A stretch of 51,975 bases of DNA, the filler included, from Spirochaetales bacterium (GTDB taxonomy: Bacteria > Spirochaetota > Spirochaetia > Treponematales > UBA12059): the NCBI GenBank assembly GCA_016928955.1. It is 2 parts of 2 records of this genome, joined end to end, with 100 filler letters (N's around TTAATTAATTAA, not from the genome) between each part and the next. Parts side by side here need not be neighbours in the genome. Positions count along the whole stretch, not along the records: positions 1 to 25,512 come from JAFGJV010000002.1; 1 more part is not named here. One strand, 5' to 3'. Below the pieces are notes generated by a model that was given only the letters and a program-made list of their open reading frames with translations, made no database searches and was not told the origin of the DNA. Positions within the stretch are counted from its first letter, which is position 1. Each line of letters starts with the position of its first letter. The position numbers were made by a program, and so were the translations under genes. Positions 1 to 8,194 of this stretch are shown here, piece after piece.

Positions 1-86
1 CGAACTCATGACCTTCTATGAATCACGAGTTAAGCCTTATCTGTAAGATGGGCATAACGGGTTTACACAAAATACTTGACATGACC
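1..86 (+). mobile_element. 3' end of an IS256-family insertion sequence (transposase C-terminus plus right inverted repeat), truncated by the window edge
   Basis: Frame 2 reads ELMTFYESRVKPYL* (stop at 44-46), followed by GTTTACACAAAATACTTGACATGACC (61-86), which resembles IS256-family terminal IRs. Confidence 0.6.
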
Positions 87-97
87 CCTGCCTTCCG

Positions 98-424
98 CTA
101 CTTCTCAATAACTGCCGCTTTGGCTAAATCTTCATCTGATTGAGTAACCCATTTCTGAATCGTACCCCAGCGCCACCTTGATCGGCCGCAGGATATAATG
201 TCAGGGACTCCGCCATTTGGCTGTAGGTACTTATACTTCTGGTTCGAGAGAGAACCATAACTGATCCCCTTCAAAACACAGGCTTCTTTGAGGTCAAACA
301 ACTCTTGATGGGGGTCCATCTTCTGCCTTATCGCTTCGAGTTCACCCTTAACCTTCTGAAGCTCTGCGAGTAGAGTATCCAAAATCGGAAGTTGGATCAT
401 TCCTTTGGCCATTGTTTCAGTCAT
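98..424 (-). CDS. Small excisionase/AlpA-like DNA-binding protein of an integrated element
   Basis: 108 aa with AAGGAG RBS; N-terminal coiled coil then ELFDLKEACVLKGISYGSL...SRWRWGTIQKWV (Xis/MerR-like wHTH pattern); AT-rich and next to an att site. Confidence 0.6.
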   Translation of the reverse strand: MTETMAKGMIQLPILDTLLAELQKVKGELEAIRQKMDPHQELFDLKEACVLKGISYGSLSNQKYKYLQPNGGVPDIISCGRSRWRWGTIQKWVTQSDEDLAKAAVIEK

Positions 425-518
425 ACTTTGCTCCTTCGAGTCGATGTACTGCTCATCGCTCTACATAGAAGTATGCAAAAAAGGGTGATCATTCGGCTGT
501 TTTCTATAAGAAAAGTGT

Positions 519-628
519 CCGACCAATATCCCGACCATTTCATTTGATTACTATAGGCATAGTAGACTCCAACCAGTATTTGTATCTTGACTATTTGCTT
601 ATATGTGATAAGAATACGCTTGGTTGGA
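519..628. repeat. Putative integrase arm-type sites next to the att core
   Basis: CCGACCA at 519 and 531, TCCAACCA at 568-575 and its inverse TGGTTGGA at 621-628. Confidence 0.45.
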
Positions 629-640
629 GAACGAAATGAC

Positions 641-684
641 CACTCGTAATGCGCAGGTACCGGGTTCGATTCCCGGTCTCGGCT
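641..684 (+). mobile_element. att site: 3' half of tRNA-Thr(CGT) displaced by integration (not a complete tRNA)
   Basis: CA-CTCGTAA-TGCGC-AGGTA-CCGGG-TTCGATT-CCCGG-TCTCGGC-T gives the anticodon loop, 3' anticodon stem, T-arm and 3' acceptor strand; the 5' acceptor strand and D-arm are absent upstream. Confidence 0.85.
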
Positions 685-1035
685 TAAAAAACGCGCGGAC
701 CCGCAGGGCCCGCGCGTTTTTTTATAGACCGAGAGCGGGAATCGAACCGAAGCGAGCGCGGCGCGGCAGCGCCGAAGAGGCGCCAGGGAGGGCGCCGGAA
801 GCGAGCGGAGGCGGCCCGGAAGGCTGAGGCACGATGACGAAGCCTGGAGGGCGATTCCCGGTCTCGGCTTAAAAAACGCGCGGACCCGCAGGGCCCGCGC
901 GTTTTTTTATAGGCCGAGAGCGGGGAGTCCGACGTTCGCCTACGGCGAACAATAAATCATACCCTACGGACCGGCGAAGCCTATCGAACCGAAGCGAGCG
1001 CGGCGCGGCAGCGCCGAAGAGGCGCTAAGGAGGGC
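667..1035 (+). repeat. Two tandem tRNA-linked repeats (185-bp period)
   Basis: CGATTCCCGGTCTCGGCT, terminator hairpin and inverted tRNA end recur at 667 and 852; ATCGAACCGAAGCGAGCGCGGCGCGGCAGCGCCGAAGAGGCGC recurs at 741 and 983. Confidence 0.85.
686..723. terminator. Bidirectional intrinsic terminator after the tRNA 3' end (second copy at 871-908)
   Basis: AAAAAA-CGCGCGGACCC-GCA-GGGCCCGCGCG-TTTTTTT. Confidence 0.8.
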
Positions 1036-1455
1036 CCTCATGGCAAAGCAGTCTTCCAAAGCATGTCCAAAGCCAGCATAATCATTTGAGAATCTGATTG
1101 AGATACGGATATCTTTTTGGGGTTTGTACGAACTTGAGTATGAGGTAGTGCGCGGTTTTTGATTCTAGTCAGCTGCACTAAGGCAAAACGTAACACTGAG
1201 ATGACATCGACGAAAGAGGATACAAGTGCTGAGCTCGTAATGCCGTGGCCTAACGAAGTTCCACTATATGCCTATGCCAAGATTGTAAGAAACCCAGAAT
1301 CAAAAAACTCCTTTGGCAGAAGGAATAGCAGAAAGGGCTCATGATCAGCCTGCTACAGGGCTCGCCCAAGCCACATCGTGAGTTTTGTATGTGGGGTAGC
1401 GGGGTGAACGCATTTCCTGCATAAGGCGGAGTGGCTGATAGTCGCTTTCTGTGTT

Positions 1456-1482
1456 GGCCTCCGGAAATTTTAACCGGAGGCC
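1456..1482. terminator. Hairpin downstream of kdd
   Basis: GGCCTCCGG-N9-CCGGAGGCC; no clear U-tract on the minus strand. Confidence 0.45.
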
Positions 1483-1484
1483 TT

Positions 1485-2525
1485 CTATACGTACACCTTT
1501 TCGAACAGCGCGCGGATTTCCTTGGACTCCCTGAGTATGTCCAGGGTGAGTTCCGAGTGGCCCTTGGCGTAGCCGTTGCCGACGATCAGCTCGATGTCCT
1601 TGCCCACGCCCTCGGCGCCGAGGGCCGCCTTGGTGAACGATGTCGCCATGGAAAAGAAGTATATCAGTCCCTGCCCCTTGGTTATCAGGATGGACGTCAT
1701 CTCGGTGTTCGGCACGTTGACGTTGTTGATGGTCACGTCACAGCCGCGCTCGCCGGTGATGGCTATCACCTTGCGGTACACGTCTATGGCGTCGGTGGCG
1801 TCGGCTATGATCACGTGGGTGGCCAGCCCGAGTTCCTCTATGCGTTTGGCGTTGTCTTTGGAGTACTCCACAACGATGACCTTGCCGTAGGGGCCCACGT
1901 TTTTCATGGCTTGGTAGCAGCAGAGCACGCCCGACTTGCCGCCGCCGCCTATGATGCACACGGTGTCGCCCTCGCGCACCAGGCGGTCCACCTGGGCAGG
2001 AGCGCCGGCCACGTCAAGGGCCGCAAGCGCGAGTTTTTCGGGTATGTCCACGGGGATGTGGGCGTATATGCCGCTTTCAAACAGTATGGCCTGGCCCTCT
2101 ATGTCAACCTGGTCGCTCGCGGGATCCAGTTTCTTGATTTTGTCTATGCAGAGCGGCGTGAGAGACAGGGATACCAGCGTGGCGACGCGGTCGCCCACGG
2201 CCACCTTGCGTGCGGGGAACGCGGGGCCTATGTCGCGCACGGTGCCTACCAGCATGCCGCCTGAACCCGTCACGGGATTCTGCATCTTGCCGCGTTCGGC
2301 CACGATGCCCAGGATCATTTCCTCCATCCTGGCGCGGTCGCCGTCGCAGGCCTTGCGGATCTGTGTGTAGCTGGCCGAGTCTATGTTGAGCGTGGCCACG
2401 TCGATGAGCATTTCGTTGTCGAAAATTTCCATGCTGTTGTCCAGCCTGGTGGCCGGTTGGGGCAGTATGCCCTTGGGTTCGATCACGCGGTGGCTGCCAT
2501 ACCTGCAGCCGATTCCCCTGCTCAT
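1485..2525 (-). CDS. kdd: L-erythro-3,5-diaminohexanoate dehydrogenase (lysine fermentation)
   Basis: GCRYGSHRVIEPKGILPQPA N-terminus, NPVTGSGGMLVG, LDVAGAPAQ, GGGGKSG, AALGAEGVGKD...GNGY; GAGGAG RBS. Confidence 0.92.
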   Translation of the reverse strand: MSRGIGCRYGSHRVIEPKGILPQPATRLDNSMEIFDNEMLIDVATLNIDSASYTQIRKACDGDRARMEEMILGIVAERGKMQNPVTGSGGMLVGTVRDIGPAFPARKVAVGDRVATLVSLSLTPLCIDKIKKLDPASDQVDIEGQAILFESGIYAHIPVDIPEKLALAALDVAGAPAQVDRLVREGDTVCIIGGGGKSGVLCCYQAMKNVGPYGKVIVVEYSKDNAKRIEELGLATHVIIADATDAIDVYRKVIAITGERGCDVTINNVNVPNTEMTSILITKGQGLIYFFSMATSFTKAALGAEGVGKDIELIVGNGYAKGHSELTLDILRESKEIRALFEKVYV

Positions 2526-2607
2526 GCTCGGCTCCTCGCGACGCTACGGTTTCGGGGCAATCGTAGCATTTGCCGCCGGGGCTCGGCAAGGCCGGCACAC
2601 GCGGTAT

Positions 2608-2638
2608 AAAAAAACGGCCCGCGCTCGGCGGACCGTTT
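2608..2638 (-). terminator. Intrinsic terminator of the H1-like gene
   Basis: Minus strand AAACGGTCCGC-CGAGC-GCGGGCCGTTTTTTT. Confidence 0.7.
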
Positions 2639-2693
2639 AAGAGCGCGCCTCCGACGTGGAGCGCGCGTTTGGTTTTTCTTCAGGATGTATGCG

Positions 2694-3074
2694 TCAGTTG
2701 TCCAGGATGGTGTCCGCGAAATGGTCCACGCGGTTGACGGTCTCGGTTTTGGCCCTGGTCGTGGCCTTTTTTACGGCTTTTTTCACGGCCGTCTTGACGC
2801 TGGCCGGCTTCTTGGCGGCGGGCTTCTTGGCCACGGTTTTCTTTGCGGCGGGTTTTGCGGCGGCTTTCTTACCGGCGGCTTTTTTGCTGGTAGTTTTTTT
2901 TGCCGTTGCTTTGGCCGCGGGGGCCTTGGCCGGGACGGCCTTGAGCGCCTTCTTGGATTCGGCGTTGACCAGAGAAGTGATCGCTGCGATTTCAGCGTTC
3001 AGCTTGCTCGTCTTTGCCTTGAGCATCTCAAGTTTCTTGGAGATCTGTGTAAAGGGATTTGCCGTGCGTGCCAT
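2694..3074 (-). CDS. Lys/Ala-rich histone H1-like protein
   Basis: Start reassigned to MARTANPF (GAGG RBS); coiled-coil N-terminus followed by PAAKK/KKAA repeats. Confidence 0.7.
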   Translation of the reverse strand: MARTANPFTQISKKLEMLKAKTSKLNAEIAAITSLVNAESKKALKAVPAKAPAAKATAKKTTSKKAAGKKAAAKPAAKKTVAKKPAAKKPASVKTAVKKAVKKATTRAKTETVNRVDHFADTILDN

Positions 3075-3384
3075 GAGTACCTCGATCAGGACAGGATGTT
3101 GGGCTACGGAATTTGCATGGTCCGCGCCCGGCGCCCTTAAAAAGGAGCGCAAATAACGGTTATCCAACAAGGAACGGTTTGGACATGACCTGAGTTCATT
3201 TTAATGTATTACTCATATATTGCAAGTACTTCAATCCGGCGCGTTCGCTTCTCAATTAGGATGTTTTTAAATGCCGATGCCTTTCAGCATATTGCCCAAT
3301 AGAAGAGCTTAATATTGAGACATGATGTGCGTAGAGGATAATAAAAAAACGCGAGCCGTCGCAATGCCAATTTCAGAAGCACTA

Positions 3385-3489
3385 GGGAACTTCTAAAACC
3401 CCCATGGTTATTAGAGATTGCCTGTGTTTTCGGCCGGAAACGCAAGGTTTTCTGAACAATCTTCCAAAACGGATGGTTTAGGGCTGCCT
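3385..3489. mobile_element. Degenerate copy of a ~105-bp palindromic MITE/REP-like element
   Basis: Aligns by eye with the reverse complement of 25405-25512 (GGGAAC.TCTAAAA.C..CATGGTTATTAGAG.TT.CCTG.GTTTTCGGCCG.AAACGC). Confidence 0.75.
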
Positions 3490-3604
3490 TTTGAAAATGC
3501 ATTAAACTGTAGGGTTTCATGCGTTCACAGAATCCCCTCGATACGAATCAAGAAGATTGGGCGCTTTCGGGCTGGGTTTGTTTTCCTAAAAGGGCGCACC
3601 GGTT

Positions 3605-3633
3605 AAAAAATGGACGGAGCGTAAGCTCCGTCC
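3605..3633 (-). terminator. Intrinsic terminator of tnaA
   Basis: GGACGGAGC-TTAC-GCTCCGTCC-ATTTTTT on the minus strand. Confidence 0.8.
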
Positions 3634-3669
3634 TTCGTCGCAGGTGGCAGGATCTGTAGCTTTGGCCGA

Positions 3670-5064
3670 TCAGCGCGCGGGCGCCAGCCTAACCGTGAAG
3701 TGGCGCATGATGGGAGCTTCCCAGACTATCCGGTATCCTTTCCGGATGGATTGCGCTCGCTCGTTGACGTTGATCAACGCGGCGGCAACGTAATCCATGT
3801 GGGCATTTGTGTAGGTACGCCGGGGTATGGCCAAGCGCAACAACTCAAGGGCGGGGTAACGTTCTTTTCCGGTCTCAGGATCGCGGTCGGCAAGAAGGGT
3901 ACCAATTTCCACGCCGCGCACGCCACCTTCCTTGTACAGCTCAATGCCAAGCGTCTGGGCCTGGAATTCCTCCTTGGGCAGGTTCGGCAGGAATTTCTTG
4001 GCGTTCACGAATATGGCGTGGCCGCCGTAGGGGCGCTGAACGGAAATGCCGGCGTTCGTAAGGAGTGAGCCCAGATACGCCACCTGGCCCACCCGAGCCT
4101 CAAGGTAGTCGTACTCGGTGGATTCGCGCAGCCCGACGGAAAGGGCGCCCATGTCGCGGCCGGCCATTCCGCCGTACGTGTTGAAACCTTCGAACATGAT
4201 GTTGAAGGTGCTTGCCCGCTGCCAGAGCGCCTCGTCGCGGAACGCAATGAAGCCGCCTATGTTGACAATGCCGTCTTTCTTGCTGGACATGGTCATACCG
4301 TCAGCGTGTTTGAACATCTCCTTGACGATTTCCTTGATGGACTTCTTGGCGTAGCCCTTTTCTCTCTGCTTGATGAAATAGGCGTTCTCGGCAAAGCGGG
4401 CGGAATCGAAGAACAGCGGTATCTTGAATTTCCTGCACAGGGACGACACGGCCTTGATGTTCTCCATGCTGACCGGCTGGCCGCCAGAGCTGTTGCAGGT
4501 GATGGTCAGCATGCACACGGGAATGGCCTCCCGCGGGTGGGACTTGAATACGGCCTCAAGCTTTGCAAGGTCGACATTGCCCTTGAACGGATGGTCGGCT
4601 TCGGTGTCAAAGGCCTCGGCTATGGTGCAGTCAACGGCGCGGGCCTTGCGGAATTCTATGTGTCCCTTGGTGGTGTCAAAGTGGCTGTTTCCTGGCACCA
4701 CTTTGCCCGCGCCCGCGTCGCCCACGCCGATGAGGGTGCTGAACAGGACATTCTCAGCCGCGCGGCCCTGGTGGCAGGGCAGGAAATGGGGAAAGCCCAG
4801 GATGTCGCTGATCGTGTCCTTGAGCTTGTAGTACGAGCTGGCGCCCGCGTAGCTCTCGTCGCCAAGCATGATCTCGGCCCATTGGGCGCTGGACATGGCT
4901 CCCGTGCCTGAATCCGTGAGCAGGTCGACGAATACCTGTTCGCTCCGCAGATTGAACAGGTTGTACTGCGCTTCCTTTATCCAGCGCTCCCGCTCGGCTT
5001 TGGTGGATCTATAGATTTGCTCTATGGTCTTGATCCTGAAGGGCTCGGCGTAGGGTAGGTCCAT
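3670..5064 (-). CDS. tnaA: Tryptophanase (PLP beta-eliminating lyase)
   Basis: EPFRIK, DLLTDSGT, HQGRAAE, PLP lysine in SSKKDG; VEIG and RHFT match tryptophanase rather than tyrosine phenol-lyase (ERG, RFFT). Confidence 0.85.
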   Translation of the reverse strand: MDLPYAEPFRIKTIEQIYRSTKAERERWIKEAQYNLFNLRSEQVFVDLLTDSGTGAMSSAQWAEIMLGDESYAGASSYYKLKDTISDILGFPHFLPCHQGRAAENVLFSTLIGVGDAGAGKVVPGNSHFDTTKGHIEFRKARAVDCTIAEAFDTEADHPFKGNVDLAKLEAVFKSHPREAIPVCMLTITCNSSGGQPVSMENIKAVSSLCRKFKIPLFFDSARFAENAYFIKQREKGYAKKSIKEIVKEMFKHADGMTMSSKKDGIVNIGGFIAFRDEALWQRASTFNIMFEGFNTYGGMAGRDMGALSVGLRESTEYDYLEARVGQVAYLGSLLTNAGISVQRPYGGHAIFVNAKKFLPNLPKEEFQAQTLGIELYKEGGVRGVEIGTLLADRDPETGKERYPALELLRLAIPRRTYTNAHMDYVAAALINVNERAQSIRKGYRIVWEAPIMRHFTVRLAPAR

Positions 5065-5178
5065 GGCGTCCTCCTGGGCGCATTGTATACTGCTACCGGG
5101 GGCGCGGCTAGTGGCTAATTGACATAATTTGTTTTGGTGTAATTACTTATAGAAACGAAAGCGCCGGTATGGGCCATG

Positions 5179-7350
5179 TCAGGCCCTTGGCGCGGGGCTA
5201 AGCATGCCCGGAACGCATTCCTTGATAGCGCTGACCAGGTCGTCAAGGCCATAGGGTTTTTTAAGCACGCACGAATAGGCGCCCCGTTCGAACATGCTCA
5301 GGGTGGTGGCGTCCATGACGCTCGCGGTGGCTATGAGGACCAGGTCGGGCTTCAGCGCCTTGATGCTCGTAGCGGCGTCTCCGGGGCCCGGCAGGTCCAG
5401 GTCCACAATGGCGGCGGTCGGGATCGGGTCCATGCCAGATGCCTGCGAGAGGGCCGACGGCAGGTCCCCGGCTTCCAGGGTGGTAGCGCCGAGGGAACGG
5501 AGCAGGGCCGAAGTGGCCGCACGGACTCCCGCGTCGCCGTCTGCTATCAGAACGACGCCAGAAAGCACGGGCGCCTCGGCTGCGGGACCGGGGCTGGAAG
5601 CCGGTTGTTCCCGGGCCGGAGGCATGTACAGGATGGTGGCCGGGTGGCCGGACGCGTCGTTGCCCACGCTTATCCACCAGTCGCGGTCGGCTATCAGGCC
5701 CGCGAGCGTACCCAAAACCCCTCCGTCCGCCAGGCTGGGCTTGGCGCTGTGCCCGGAATGATCCGGTGTGATGGACGTGAACTCGAGCGCTGCGTACGAA
5801 CCGGGGACCGGTTGCCTGCCCAGGACGGCTACGGGGAGCTCGTCTTTCTCAAACGTGGCCGAGCCCACGCGTATCCGGATTTCGCCGTCCATGTTGGATC
5901 CAGAAAGGGATTCGGCCGCGTTAGCGACAACGGCGGCAAGGGCTTTCCTCAGGCGACCGGGATCGGCGTGCACCAATACGGCGCTGGCCGGCGGGATCCA
6001 GGTGAGCTTGAGCCTGCTAGTCACGGCGCCGGACAATACCCGGACCACCCTGCCCGCAAGCATGCCCAGGTCGACCACGGCGGCGTCGGGAGCAGAGCCG
6101 CCGGCGCTTGTCATGCGATGCACCAGGACGCCAGCCCTGCGGGCGGCCTCTTTCAGGAATGGCAGGGAGGGCCCCTGGTCCGCATTCCCGGCCGCGCCGT
6201 TTTCTGACATATCCGCCTGGCACAAGGTCTGGGTCAGGGCATCGGCGCACTCCCTGAGCAAGCCCCCATCCATGGTGGCAAGCATACCGAACGAACGCGT
6301 TCTGGCCATCCTGGCTTCCAGCATCCTCCGTTCGTCCTCCAGGCGGGCCCGCTCGTCCACATCCCGTGCCAGCCTGAGCTTGCCGGCCGTGAGCTCGTCG
6401 CTGAGTTTTCTCAACTCCGCGTTTGCCTTGGACAATTTCTGGGTTCGGGTATCGACCGCCGTCCGGATCAACCAGCGCCAGGCCACGGCTCCGAGACCCG
6501 CCACTATGAGCGCCGCCCCAAGCGCCATGACCATGATGGCTAAGCTGGTGGGGCCCTGGTCTGGTTCGGGCTGGGGTTGTCCCAGCCATGCGGCTTCCAG
6601 CTTGTCCACGATTCCCGTTTGCCGGGCCTGGGCCAGGCCCTTCTCGAGAATGGACAACAGGATGCCGTTGCTCCGGCCCACGGCCATGGCGGCTGAGTAC
6701 AGGGCTATCGGCTCGCCCCACGCTTCCAGGCGCTCTGCCGCTCCAACGGACCGGGCGTGGTACAAGAGCACGGGGCCAGCCGCGATCAAGGCGTCCACTC
6801 CGCCGCTCAGGATGGCTTCAAGGCCGGCGGACGCGTCCGGCACGGGTACGGGTTCGCTAGCCATCCCCGTCCATGCTGCCTGGGTGCCTATTGATCCGTC
6901 CTGGACAAAGGCCACGGGTCCGGACAGCGCGTCGTAACCGACGCCCATATCCGGGCGCCCTCTGAGGACAAAAATCGACACGGGCACATTGAATACTTCC
7001 GAGCTCAGGGCCAGGCGCCCGTCCGGGTTGGCTGTCCGTATCAGTCCAAAGTACGCGATGGCCTTGCCCGAGTCGACCGCGTCAAAAGCGTCGTTTGGGT
7101 GGACGGGCAGAAACCGTATCCTGAAGCCCAGCTCGGCGGCCAGCCAGCGCGCCAGCTCGACGTTCAGCCCCGTGGCGTCCCCGCTCTGGGGATGGACAAA
7201 GCCGTACGGCGGGACATCAAGGTTGACGGCGAACACAAGCTCGCCGCGGGCGTCCAGCCAGGATCGCTCAAGGGGGGTAAGGGCAGGCGCGGCGAGCGCG
7301 GCCTGGGCTGACGCAACGATGACGGCTAGGAGCGTAAGGACGCGGCGCAT
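5179..7350 (-). CDS. Membrane sensor: family-3 periplasmic binding domain, TM helix, degenerate histidine kinase core and receiver domain
   Basis: Start reassigned to MRRVLTLL (signal peptide); LTPLERSWL...PPYGF...G..VELA binding-domain signature; TM helix; N-box VANAAES; receiver VDLDLP...KKPY. Confidence 0.8.
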   Translation of the reverse strand: MRRVLTLLAVIVASAQAALAAPALTPLERSWLDARGELVFAVNLDVPPYGFVHPQSGDATGLNVELARWLAAELGFRIRFLPVHPNDAFDAVDSGKAIAYFGLIRTANPDGRLALSSEVFNVPVSIFVLRGRPDMGVGYDALSGPVAFVQDGSIGTQAAWTGMASEPVPVPDASAGLEAILSGGVDALIAAGPVLLYHARSVGAAERLEAWGEPIALYSAAMAVGRSNGILLSILEKGLAQARQTGIVDKLEAAWLGQPQPEPDQGPTSLAIMVMALGAALIVAGLGAVAWRWLIRTAVDTRTQKLSKANAELRKLSDELTAGKLRLARDVDERARLEDERRMLEARMARTRSFGMLATMDGGLLRECADALTQTLCQADMSENGAAGNADQGPSLPFLKEAARRAGVLVHRMTSAGGSAPDAAVVDLGMLAGRVVRVLSGAVTSRLKLTWIPPASAVLVHADPGRLRKALAAVVANAAESLSGSNMDGEIRIRVGSATFEKDELPVAVLGRQPVPGSYAALEFTSITPDHSGHSAKPSLADGGVLGTLAGLIADRDWWISVGNDASGHPATILYMPPAREQPASSPGPAAEAPVLSGVVLIADGDAGVRAATSALLRSLGATTLEAGDLPSALSQASGMDPIPTAAIVDLDLPGPGDAATSIKALKPDLVLIATASVMDATTLSMFERGAYSCVLKKPYGLDDLVSAIKECVPGMLSPAPRA

Positions 7351-7485
7351 GCCATCAGTGTACAGCGCCGGGCCCGTGTCGCCAACCGTGCGACGCAAAA
7401 CAGCCGCGCTTGCTGCCTTGCGCCCGCCGGGGTATGATGCGTGCGCGCGCCCTGGCCAGACAACGGGCGGCATGCGGGAGGTCGC

Positions 7486-8049
7486 ATGGACAGAGATGCA
7501 GCGGTGGCGCTCTGGCGCCGCCATAACGACGACGAGGCCTTGTTCAGGCACGCCCTGTCGGTGGAGGCCGCGATGCGGCATTTCGCCGTTCGGTATGGGG
7601 AGGACCCGGACTACTGGGGCATGGTCGGCCTTCTCCACGACATTGACTACCAGTCCCATCCGGACGAGCACCTGAAGCACGCGCGGTCCATGCTGGCCGG
7701 CGCCGGACTCCCCGAGGAATTCATCCGCGCCGTGGAAAGCCACGGCTGGGGCCTCTGTAGCGACGTGGAACCCAAACACATCATGGAAAAAGCCCTGTAC
7801 GCTGTTGACGAGCTCACGGGCTTTCTGGCCGCCTGCGCCTATGTACGCCCCTCGCGCAGCGTGCTGGACCTTGAGGTCAAGTCCGTGCGGAAAAAGTGGG
7901 GGACGCCCGCCTTTGCCGCAGGCGTCAACCGCCAGGTCATAGAGCGGGGCGCGGACATGCTGGGCATGGGCCTGGACGAGCTCATACAGGAGACTATCCT
8001 GGCCCTCCGCGCGTCTGCCGAAGCAGTGGGGCTCAAAGGCAGCCTGTAA
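7486..8049 (+). CDS. HD-domain (HDIG-type) phosphohydrolase
   Basis: RHALSVEAAM, GLLHDIDY, ESHG, AVDELTG; GGGAGG RBS. Confidence 0.88.
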   Translation: MDRDAAVALWRRHNDDEALFRHALSVEAAMRHFAVRYGEDPDYWGMVGLLHDIDYQSHPDEHLKHARSMLAGAGLPEEFIRAVESHGWGLCSDVEPKHIMEKALYAVDELTGFLAACAYVRPSRSVLDLEVKSVRKKWGTPAFAAGVNRQVIERGADMLGMGLDELIQETILALRASAEAVGLKGSL

Positions 8050-8194
8050 CGATTCGGGCATGGCCGGTTGACCCTGGCCCCACCTCCGGTGAATAATCCC
8101 TCCCACTGATTCACATTGCGGCCTTCAGGGCGGCTTGTTCAGGGCTGTACGGGCCTTGATCCAGCTCCCGCGCCAAAACGCCGCCGGAGCGACG

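Noticed and set aside
610..690. Complete tRNA-Thr gene
   Set aside because: No 5' acceptor strand (GCCGAGA expected), no D-arm, and an incomplete 5' anticodon stem; only the 3' half is present.
624..827. 67-aa ORF
   Set aside because: It runs across the att site, terminator and repeat; a chance frame.
667..1035. CRISPR array
   Set aside because: Only two long units, no unique spacers between short repeats, and no cas genes in the window.
1159..1344. 61-aa ORF in the low-GC patch
   Set aside because: TTG start and no recognisable motif; cannot be supported.
3670..5064. Tyrosine phenol-lyase
   Set aside because: Specificity positions (VEIG, RHFT) match tryptophanase.
7351..8106. 252-aa N-terminal extension of the 975-aa sensor ORF
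   Set aside because: It is the antisense shadow of the HD gene; a signal peptide and promoter mark the real start at 7350.
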